From: Bdellovibrionales bacterium
GTDB taxonomy: Bacteria; Bdellovibrionota; Bdellovibrionia; Bdellovibrionales; JAMPXM01
Assembly (NCBI GenBank): GCA_043739185.1
Contig: JAYUEN010000245.1
Location: 1 to 14,987, forward strand
Reading direction: 5' to 3'
Length of the DNA stretch: 14,987 nucleotides
A program made the translations under genes and the position numbers. The notes under the pieces were generated by a model. It saw only the letters and a program-made list of their open reading frames with translations, did not search any database and had not been told where the DNA came from. Of the stretch, positions 1-7,620 are shown one piece after another; positions within the stretch are counted from its first letter, which is position 1; each line of letters opens with the position of its first letter.

Positions 1-160
1 AAATATTTTTCATTTTTCTCATCGCGCAAAAAAAATGATAAGTTATCCGCTGAAACTGTCACGCGATTTCGATTCGAGGGACCTGAGCAGTTACAAAATA
101 TCTATACTCAACTTTTAATTTGTTATCTAATAGGTCTAAGTCGTTTTTTTGAGGAGGCCT

Positions 161-1264
161 GTGAAAATTGTTCTGTCAAAAATTCAGTTTTTTTTCATAC
201 AGGCTTTGAGTCTTATTATCTGGAGCTCGATTGCTTTAACCCAAGCCAACTCCACCTATACTTTTTCATGTGAAATAATTGATCCAGCAGGAAAACTTCT
301 ACGTAAATATCCGGGTTGGAACTGCATTTATTTAGATAGTGGTGAAGTCATTTGGAATACCCAATTCGAACTGTTAAAACTATCAAATGAAGGAACTTTA
401 GATTGGCAAAAGCCGCTCAATGCCCATCACACCTTTAGACTCCTTGATAATGAGCACTTCCTTCTTCTCAATTCCTCGATTCATCAATACAAAGACAAGC
501 GCGTTCGTTTTGATCGCATTAGCATTTTTGATTTAAAAGGAAATGAATTAAAATATTTTGATTTTTATGATCATCAAGACGAGCTGCTTTCACGAGCAAT
601 GCCAGAATACCGAGATTTTCTCGGTGAAACTTTTATAGGACTTCGAATTCCTGATGACTCCCTGACCGACGAAGAAGAATTCGAATTCATTTCGACCCCT
701 TTCGAATTTGCTCATGCGAACTCAGTCTACGAGATTCCAAAGAATTCGATTTCGAGAAAAATCAAAGCCTTTAAAAAAGGCAATTTTATTGTCAACGTCA
801 ATGGCCTATGCACGACTTTTATATTGAGCCAGGACTTTAAAAATATCCTCTGGTCCATTCCATTTTCGATTTTGACCAAGGGCTCTTCTATTCATGATGT
901 TCAAATCGATGCCTCAGGAAAGTCAATTTTGTATTATGAAAATAATTATACAGATAAATCTTCTGCGATCGCAAAGTACGATCCTATCTCAGGGGTTAAA
1001 AAACTTATTTATACCGGCAACGAAAGTGAGCTTTTTTATGCCGAAAGCCAGGGTGGAGTGCAAGAACTTGAAAACCATCAGTATCTCATCTCACAGTTTA
1101 ATAAAACTTTGGGCAACCGCATTTTCATTGTAAATGAACAGCAACAAATAAAGTGGAGCTTGATACCAACACAAGAAGGTATCCTCGGACTTCCCTTGGG
1201 TGGCATGCAAGAAGTGAAACGACTTAACTTGGTGAAATTTCTAAAAAACAATAAGTATCAGTAA
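161..1264 (+). CDS. Secreted arylsulfotransferase (ASST)-like beta-propeller protein
   Basis: Hydrophobic N-terminal signal-like segment. ASST-like motifs AHH, HANS (H-x-N), IHDVQ and SQGGVQELEN..YLIS. The ORF track starts at TTG 149, but GTG 161 follows GAGGAGG (151-157) and is the more likely start. Confidence 0.65.
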   Translation: MKIVLSKIQFFFIQALSLIIWSSIALTQANSTYTFSCEIIDPAGKLLRKYPGWNCIYLDSGEVIWNTQFELLKLSNEGTLDWQKPLNAHHTFRLLDNEHFLLLNSSIHQYKDKRVRFDRISIFDLKGNELKYFDFYDHQDELLSRAMPEYRDFLGETFIGLRIPDDSLTDEEEFEFISTPFEFAHANSVYEIPKNSISRKIKAFKKGNFIVNVNGLCTTFILSQDFKNILWSIPFSILTKGSSIHDVQIDASGKSILYYENNYTDKSSAIAKYDPISGVKKLIYTGNESELFYAESQGGVQELENHQYLISQFNKTLGNRIFIVNEQQQIKWSLIPTQEGILGLPLGGMQEVKRLNLVKFLKNNKYQ

Positions 1265-1275
1265 AATTTCACAGC

Positions 1276-2079
1276 TTATAATACTCTGTCCGTAAGGAAA
1301 CGACCTAATACGAGCTCAACTTGAGGCCAGTGTTTTGAAAAATGATGTCCGCAATCTCCGAAAATATGAATGTGAATGGGCTGGCGCTCACTAATCAAAA
1401 CCAAATCAACGATTGTAGATCTCAGATCAATAACTCGGTCACGGGCGCCAAGAATTGCGAGCGTTGGGAGCCGAATCTTGCGCATAGCCTGAAGCGCGCT
1501 ATCGGCGCGATAAGAATACCAAGTGGCGTAAGAAAATCCATTCCACTTTTTAAGTGAGTGTGGATTGCGATAAATCTCCTTCACTTTTTTCTCAAAGGAC
1601 TTTTTTTCAAGGCTACTAGCGGTATTGAGTTCTTCTTTCAACCAGCCACGGGTCCCCCCCCCAATCATGCTCAAGGTGGCAACTCGCTTTTCTTTTCTTG
1701 CAATTTGTGGAGCGAGATATGCGCCTTCTGAATAGCCTACTATATGAATTCTGTGATTTCTTGGGACGACAGCTTTTAATGTAATCAAGGCATCATCAAT
1801 TCTTCGCAGTCGGCGAAAGGAGCTCTCATACATATCGCGATCGGTAGCTTTTGTACTAAGTCCTGGCTTGTTAATAACCAAAAAATTAAAGTGGCTTGCG
1901 ACTTTCTTGCCAACTAAACTCTCAAGCGCTTTGCGATCTGCGTAACGAAAATCCGAACCGGATTCAGGTAGTAAGACAAGCCAATGCTTAGTCTTAATAT
2001 TCGCAAAGGAAAAAGCCGCAATCAATGAACGACCTTGCTTCAATTGAATAAGTTTCTGCTGTGGTAAAGACTTCGGCAT
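1276..2079 (-). CDS. Alpha/beta hydrolase (esterase/peptidase-like)
   Basis: Nucleophile elbow GYSEG, acid residue in GARDRVI and His in GHHF give a Ser-Asp-His triad in canonical order. Start is uncertain (ATG 2079 or ATG 2151). Confidence 0.85.
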   Translation of the reverse strand: MPKSLPQQKLIQLKQGRSLIAAFSFANIKTKHWLVLLPESGSDFRYADRKALESLVGKKVASHFNFLVINKPGLSTKATDRDMYESSFRRLRRIDDALITLKAVVPRNHRIHIVGYSEGAYLAPQIARKEKRVATLSMIGGGTRGWLKEELNTASSLEKKSFEKKVKEIYRNPHSLKKWNGFSYATWYSYRADSALQAMRKIRLPTLAILGARDRVIDLRSTIVDLVLISERQPIHIHIFGDCGHHFSKHWPQVELVLGRFLTDRVL

Positions 2080-2274
2080 TTTGTTGAGTTTAAGATTTAA
2101 AGGCGAGTTACAGCAACTAAAAACGACGGACCTCTTATTTTTTGTAGGCATTGATTTTGCCTATCTTTGGCACCTGGGGAAATACTTCAGCAAAAAGTTG
2201 CACTCATAAGGCCGGCAATGCACTTGCGTCCTTCTATTTCCTTAATTTAGAGCTCAAACTATGTTTACAACCGC

Positions 2275-2538
2275 GTGACCAAGACAAATGAAAATTATTG
2301 TCAAGAGCCAAAGTCCAATCCAGAAAATTCGGATCTACGTATTGCAATTGCTTTTAACGGCTTTTCTTGGAATGACTTCAAGTCAAATCGAGACTCTGGT
2401 ATGACTCTCGATTTATCACAAATTAATAGTGTTCAGCTTTCAACTGGGAGCTTCAATTACCTTCAATTGTCTACAGGTCATCCTATGACGGCCTATGCGC
2501 CTTGTTTTTTACTTGTCCCGCAAACATCTCCATTATAA
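2275..2538 (+). CDS. Small hypothetical protein or gene remnant with a duplicated N-x-x-QLSTG motif
   Basis: 87-codon ORF with GTG start and no clear RBS. The QLSTG repeat is identical as protein but differs at 6 of 15 nt, all synonymous. Confidence 0.4.
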   Translation: MTKTNENYCQEPKSNPENSDLRIAIAFNGFSWNDFKSNRDSGMTLDLSQINSVQLSTGSFNYLQLSTGHPMTAYAPCFLLVPQTSPL

Positions 2539-2627
2539 AAAGACCCCTCATTTCATAGCTTATTCGGTCATATGCCTTTAAACGCGGCAGCGATCTGGTT
2601 TGCTTACTTTTTAAAGAAAGAACCCAA

Positions 2628-4661
2628 GTGATAAAAGCCTCTCCTCGATCTGTCTTAAATTTGTTTTTTGCCATATTACTTTCGACAATATTTTCTTCAT
2701 TTTACTTCTCCTCAATTGCCAAATCGCAAGAGCTCTCAACTGAACCAGAAAACTCTGAGCAAAATGAATGCGAACGCCCTCTTGAAAAGAAGATTATGAA
2801 GTCGATCGACAATGTTGGCTTCAAGATCAACTTTGATTTTGTGCAAATCTTGTTTCATGGACTTTCTGACTTTTTATCTGGAGGCTACGAACTTGTAGTT
2901 GGTCCCGCTTATGAAGGCAATTTGCTTACCCGCGAAGATCACTATTACCTTGAATTAGGCCATGGATTTACTTTAGGCCAATTGAAAAAAGCGCTTCCGG
3001 TTTACATTTCGCTCAATGCCGATGCCCGAGTCGAGATTGAATTTGACCGCCAATTCAGCAATCCCTGCCTTGCAAATAAGTTTGATTCTCGTTACGGTCC
3101 AAAAGAAATTCCTTTTTCATCCTCTCATGTTTTAGAAAACCTAAAAGTCGGCGATTATTTCAATATGAAATCTCATTGGGGATTGATGCCAGGATTTGGA
3201 GTCTCTCAAGGTCTTATCCTCACCGCTTCTGCTGGTGCCTATCAACTGATGTCAGGAGACTTTCAATTTCATTTTTTAAAAGTGTCTGAATCAGTTGTCC
3301 GGATCAAGATTATAGCCCTAAAAGAAGCCGGCGAACGCTTTACACCCTTAAATATTTCATTACTTGGCAATACAAAAATCAGCAGTTTGGGCGCTGTCAA
3401 TTCGGGCATGCACCGTATTTTCGATAGCATTTTTGATGTCTCATTTATCAATGTGGCTGATCACCTCTTAATGATTGAGATGAGCGTAGATCTGGGCAAT
3501 CCCCAAGCCCGTGTGGCCTATGATCAACTCTTGGATTTATCCCCGGGTAATCAAGAGGCCCTTCAGGACCTATTGAATGTCGAAAAGCTGAAGGTTTCAA
3601 AATTTGACCGAAAGCAGGATATTGCGGCCGAGCTAAAACCTGGAGTTTTTATCAATTTTGAACCTCTGCACCGGCTTGCTCAGGCCCATAGCCCTTATGT
3701 CATCGAAAGCTTTCGCGGACTTGATTTGGTATCAGCGCAAAGGAGTCCCAAAAGAGCCGGGGCAAGTATTATTAAGTCTGGACTTGAATCAGGCGAAAGC
3801 GAAAAACATCGAATAAGTATTTTGGACCTAGACAACAAAAAACAAAACTTTCAAATTCATTCATATCACCGCAGAATCGAAGAGAAAAGTCAGTTGAATT
3901 TTGAAGATGAAGTAAAAGATCAGTCGGCACATTTATTGTCTTCAGCAGACGAATTTTTCAGCTTAGTAAATTTTTTAGAATTCGTTTCTGCGCTTGAATT
4001 GCGTACTAAGAATTTTGATTCAGAAGACTATGCTCAGCTGCAGTTGGCTTTGAAGTCCGCCCTTCCTAAGAATTTTGCGGATCAAATATTAGAAGTCTTG
4101 CGAAACCAGTGGCTAGGCTTGACGACTACCCATAAAAACACCCACTCGCTATTTCAATTGGCGCTTCACAAATCAGCTTGGGACCAGTTGCCAGAATTGA
4201 CTCAACAACAAATTGCAACTGCTTTTGACAATTACTTAAATCCGAATGATTTAAATAAAACCGCACACGCCGATGACTTGGGCGAAATATCAAAGCTGCT
4301 ATCAAAGACTCTTAATAAAAAGCTCAGCCTATCAGAACGAATAGATGCTTTTGCAAAAGTACAAAAGAAGTCTGTCTTTTCACAATCTGGAGGAGGATTT
4401 TTAGTATCGCTACTACCCAAAGAGGATTTGGATTCAATGATTACAATCAATTATGTCATTGAGGATGCTGAAAACAATCGGGCGACTTTTACCTATGGAG
4501 CATTCCCTATCAATCCGCTCTACCTTGAAGTTCTGAAGATGCAGAATATACTTTCGGACTCGGGCAAAGACTTAAAACTTGAGGCTATTAAGTTGGTAAC
4601 TAGTCCGGTGCCTCGAATTTTCGATGGCAACTTCAATTTTCTCAATCTGAAAAACGAGTAA
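2628..4661 (+). CDS. Large secreted hypothetical protein (677 aa)
   Basis: Long uninterrupted ORF. Basic N-terminus plus hydrophobic stretch (LNLFFAILLSTIFSSFYFSSIAKS) fits a signal peptide. No family recognised. Confidence 0.8.
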   Translation: MIKASPRSVLNLFFAILLSTIFSSFYFSSIAKSQELSTEPENSEQNECERPLEKKIMKSIDNVGFKINFDFVQILFHGLSDFLSGGYELVVGPAYEGNLLTREDHYYLELGHGFTLGQLKKALPVYISLNADARVEIEFDRQFSNPCLANKFDSRYGPKEIPFSSSHVLENLKVGDYFNMKSHWGLMPGFGVSQGLILTASAGAYQLMSGDFQFHFLKVSESVVRIKIIALKEAGERFTPLNISLLGNTKISSLGAVNSGMHRIFDSIFDVSFINVADHLLMIEMSVDLGNPQARVAYDQLLDLSPGNQEALQDLLNVEKLKVSKFDRKQDIAAELKPGVFINFEPLHRLAQAHSPYVIESFRGLDLVSAQRSPKRAGASIIKSGLESGESEKHRISILDLDNKKQNFQIHSYHRRIEEKSQLNFEDEVKDQSAHLLSSADEFFSLVNFLEFVSALELRTKNFDSEDYAQLQLALKSALPKNFADQILEVLRNQWLGLTTTHKNTHSLFQLALHKSAWDQLPELTQQQIATAFDNYLNPNDLNKTAHADDLGEISKLLSKTLNKKLSLSERIDAFAKVQKKSVFSQSGGGFLVSLLPKEDLDSMITINYVIEDAENNRATFTYGAFPINPLYLEVLKMQNILSDSGKDLKLEAIKLVTSPVPRIFDGNFNFLNLKNE

Positions 4662-4665
4662 GTAT

Positions 4666-5208
4666 TTGTCACTATCACAGCTCTGGAATGTCATCCTTAT
4701 CTTTTTAATACCGGTCGGCGGCGGAATTCCTGCAGGGGTTTTGCTAGCTCGTGATTATGGCTTCAACTGGTTTGTAACCGCAGCACTTTACTTTGTCTCA
4801 GATATTTTACTGGCGTTGATGTTCGAGCCCCTTTTAATTATTTTTATAAAGCTTGGTAAACGCATTCAATTTCTCGCTAAGTTCAGCACCGCACTTAAAA
4901 ATAATACCCAAAAAATGACATCGTATTATGGCAGTAGTGGAGGTCCATTTACCCTTCTCATGATATCATTTGGGGTAGATCCTATGACCGGTCGAGCAAC
5001 TGCAGTAGCCGCGGGTCACGGCTTTATAAGCGGATGGTTGATCGCAATTACTGGAGATATGTTTTATTTTGCCGTGCTGATGATTTCAACTCTGTGGCTC
5101 GACAATCTCGTAGGAAATGGCACCTGGACGACTCTGATCATTTTAGCAATTATGATGGGACTACCGATATTGTTCAAGCGCTTGCGCAAAGCCAAATCTA
5201 AGAACTAA
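4666..5208 (+). CDS. Integral membrane protein, COG2426 / putative small multidrug export-like family
   Basis: About 4-5 hydrophobic segments, N-terminal IPVGGGIPAG motif and central P-x-TG. Starts 4 nt after the upstream stop, so probably co-transcribed. TTG start is uncertain. Confidence 0.65.
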   Translation: MSLSQLWNVILIFLIPVGGGIPAGVLLARDYGFNWFVTAALYFVSDILLALMFEPLLIIFIKLGKRIQFLAKFSTALKNNTQKMTSYYGSSGGPFTLLMISFGVDPMTGRATAVAAGHGFISGWLIAITGDMFYFAVLMISTLWLDNLVGNGTWTTLIILAIMMGLPILFKRLRKAKSKN

Positions 5209-5228
5209 ACTCCTTTTCAGAAAGGCCA

Positions 5229-5636
5229 CTAACGAAAAAAACTGATGACACTTGCTTTTTTACGGAAGCTTACTTCAAACTCAAGATCACGCTCATAAAC
5301 TTCGAGCTGTTTACTGGTAAAAATAAAGATCTCTCTTAGTAAATCGATGAAAGCAAAATCAAATCGTCTTCGCATAAGTGCTTCGTCGTTTCGGACTATC
5401 CAAATCAGCTCGCGCTCTGAAAAACAGCTCAAATCAATTTTGTTATCATGCCTAGAATTCTTATATTTTTGCGCATATTCAATATTGATATCTTCATTTG
5501 AGAACTCCTGAGGAACCTCAGGCAATTTATTCTCGTGGTGAAAAAAACTATGGCTCGAGCCGGCCTCACAAGAATAGACAATATGTAGATCGATTTTTGA
5601 AGTGAGGTCATTTCGTTCTTCAAATTTTATTAACAT
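5229..5636 (-). CDS. Hypothetical protein (135 aa)
   Basis: ATG-initiated ORF with soluble-protein composition that fills the space. No motif recognised. Confidence 0.55.
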   Translation of the reverse strand: MLIKFEERNDLTSKIDLHIVYSCEAGSSHSFFHHENKLPEVPQEFSNEDINIEYAQKYKNSRHDNKIDLSCFSERELIWIVRNDEALMRRRFDFAFIDLLREIFIFTSKQLEVYERDLEFEVSFRKKASVISFFR

Positions 5637-6073
5637 TTAACAAATCTCTTTTTTTGCCATAATGAATTTACTACCACCAGAATTTAATTAATGCCCAAAC
5701 ATTAAGATCTTGTTAGTGCTCTTTTTATGCCACACTAAAAGCTATATTTTGTCAAATGATTCGTAATATAAGTTATTGAAAGTGCGAAAGATGTATAACA
5801 TTTGAACATTTTATTAGGCTTGTTTTTGTCACAGCGCCACTTTCAGGGCCAATTTTTGCTTAAGGCCAAATTAACTCATAATTGAAGCGAACTGAAGAAA
5901 CTGAGGCATTGGCCCTTGGTTTAAATTCCGTTAGCAAAGGGCTTATCAAGGTTTTCAAAGTGGCTTTCGTCAATAAAATTATATTTTTGAAAGCAATTTG
6001 AGACATCTCTAAAAGGAGCGTCAAATTTTTTCTAAAACCTTAATTTTTCGAAGTTTTTTGCCGATCAATCAAT

Positions 6074-6280
6074 ATGAGCAGAAAGTACGATAATATTCGC
6101 ACCCTGGGCGAAGTCCTCAAGATGATTTTAGAGAACCCTTCGGTTTTTTTGAATGTGCATGTGCAGATACACTTTGAGGTGACAAAACCTGGGACTCCTG
6201 TGGAAGACCAAGAACCTGACGAATCAGAATCTGAACCTCGGGTGTTGAATTTTCAAAAGCGACCACCAGAGGATCCGTAA
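6074..6280 (+). CDS. Possible small protein (68 aa) overlapping the XRE gene 3' end on the opposite strand
   Basis: ATG start, amphipathic N-half and acidic Pro-rich tail. No RBS; 164-nt antisense overlap. Confidence 0.3.
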   Translation: MSRKYDNIRTLGEVLKMILENPSVFLNVHVQIHFEVTKPGTPVEDQEPDESESEPRVLNFQKRPPEDP

Positions 6281-6602
6281 GCATCACTAATTTTTTTAAG
6301 CGCTCGTTCTCATTCTTTTCTTCTAGATACAATCTCGCAATATCCCTAGGATCAAGTTCAGAAACAGAAGGCTGAGGATCCTTATCCTGAATAGGCGACT
6401 TCAATTCAGACTCTTTAAGCTTTAAAAGCTTAAGGATTTTTTTGAGATTCTTTCCTACAGGAGTATTGTGTCCGGTCTCGTAGCGACTCACGGTCGCCCT
6501 TTCAATCTCAAGTGCGTCGGCAAAGGCCTGCTGATTGGCGAAACCCATCTCTAGGCGCCTCTTCGCAATTCTTTGACCTACCATTTTTTTAAACGAACTC
6601 AT
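6117..6602 (-). CDS. XRE-family helix-turn-helix transcriptional regulator
   Basis: N-terminal HTH_3 pattern GQRIAKRRLEMG..QQAFADALEIERATVSRYETG..TP, then a short coiled-coil-like segment. No S24 peptidase domain. Confidence 0.88.
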   Translation of the reverse strand: MSSFKKMVGQRIAKRRLEMGFANQQAFADALEIERATVSRYETGHNTPVGKNLKKILKLLKLKESELKSPIQDKDPQPSVSELDPRDIARLYLEEKNENERLKKLVMLTDPLVVAFENSTPEVQILIRQVLGLPQESQVLSPQSVSAHAHSKKPKGSLKSS

Positions 6603-6714
6603 ATTTTTTCCCGAAGCCTCATACCTTCATATACCAAGTATCACTCAACAATGGAGCGGCAATTATGAGCTACATTTATTAATGGAAAATGTCTAAAAAA
6701 GAGCTCATCTTGCT

Positions 6715-6742
6715 ATGTATATTTGAAATACCAAAAATACAT
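6715..6742. promoter_or_regulatory. Imperfect palindrome, candidate operator upstream of the XRE gene
   Basis: ATGTATATTTG-aaatac-CAAAAATACAT: 11-bp arms with 1 mismatch, about 110 bp upstream of the XRE start. Confidence 0.35.
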
Positions 6743-6827
6743 TTTAATTGTAGCAGATATTTACAGCGACCGTGAAATTCAAGGCAATTATTTAAATTTT
6801 TGAACCAAAAAGAGATGAGTAGGCCGA

Positions 6828-6869
6828 AAACTTTGAAAGGACAGAATAACTTTTACGGGTCATTCTGTC
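6828..6869 (-). terminator. Probable rho-independent terminator of the OMP gene
   Basis: Minus strand GACAGAATGAC-ccgtaaaa-GTTATTCTGTC is an 11-bp stem with one G-U pair (pairs only on the minus strand). It is followed by CTTTCAAAGTTTT and lies 27 nt after the OMP stop. Confidence 0.7.
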
Positions 6870-6896
6870 TCATAAAATTACACAAAATGTGAAAGA

Positions 6897-7478
6897 CTAC
6901 ATTTTTCCGCCAAATTCAAATGGAGCGCTAATCGATAATACCATGGCTGAAGTATCAAACTTTGAATAGGTGGTAGATACATCTGTATCGACTCCACCAG
7001 CTGTATACTTCGTATATTTTGGCATAATGTATTCAAAATTTACTGAAAGGTGGTGAATGGGCTCAATCCCTACCCCAATTTTTAAATTGGTTCCTTTATA
7101 AACATAGTCGCCACCGGTCTGCTTATCGGTAAATTGGTCTGAAATTCCGTATCCAGCCCAGACCCGGTACATACCGTGCTCGTATCCAACGACTAGACCC
7201 ATGGCTGTTTCTGAATAAGTATCATCCGCTGAACCAGAATCGTATTTAATTGTTCCTGAACCGCCTGCATATTCGCCCGCTAAAACGAGGCCCATAGGAA
7301 ATCGATAGCCAATTCTTGCTCCGTATTCAGCTCCACTCGTTTTCGAGCTTGCACTTGTCCCTGAAACTACCGTAACGCTGCTGGTGCCCATGCTGTAGCC
7401 AACGAAGGGTTCTGCAAGAACGCCGGCGTGAGCAGAAAATCCGAAGATTAAGGTGGTAAAAGCCAAGATGTATTTCAT
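6897..7478 (-). CDS. Outer membrane beta-barrel protein (OmpA/OmpW-like small barrel)
   Basis: Signal peptide ending in SAHA, alternating Gly/aromatic beta-strands (YGARIGYRF, LKIGVGI, LSVNFEY), near-terminal Phe. Strong RBS AGAGGAG upstream of the ATG. Confidence 0.85.
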   Translation of the reverse strand: MKYILAFTTLIFGFSAHAGVLAEPFVGYSMGTSSVTVVSGTSASSKTSGAEYGARIGYRFPMGLVLAGEYAGGSGTIKYDSGSADDTYSETAMGLVVGYEHGMYRVWAGYGISDQFTDKQTGGDYVYKGTNLKIGVGIEPIHHLSVNFEYIMPKYTKYTAGGVDTDVSTTYSKFDTSAMVLSISAPFEFGGKM

Positions 7479-7620
7479 TGAATTCTCCTCTGTTTAACTA
7501 AGCGTATGGTGAATTCATAGCTTTTTCAAGCTTTTCAAAAAAACTCACAAAGGGCTGGACTAAATTCGCAAGCTATACGAACGTAATCAATTGCTTCTTT
7601 ACAAATGAGTTAGGAATTTC

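Noticed and set aside
1..22. Possible start of a divergent minus-strand gene at the left edge (ATG at 22 or 13)
   Set aside because: Only a few codons are visible, so it cannot be supported.
5212..5225. CCTTT-tcag-AAAGG mini-hairpin between convergent genes
   Set aside because: A weak 5-bp stem without a U-tract, too poor to call a terminator.
894..5623. Nested ORFs 894-1133, 1342-1557, 2483-2674, 3269-3451, 4232-4450 and 5429-5623
   Set aside because: They overlap longer, better-supported ORFs and have no independent evidence.
5860..6006. 48-codon minus-strand ORF (MSQIAFKNIILL...) in the gap before the XRE locus
   Set aside because: Short, with a weak RBS and no motif. It cannot be distinguished from chance.
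5229..6800. Prophage or mobile island around the XRE gene
   Set aside because: No integrase, transposase, att-like repeats, tRNA or structural genes were seen.
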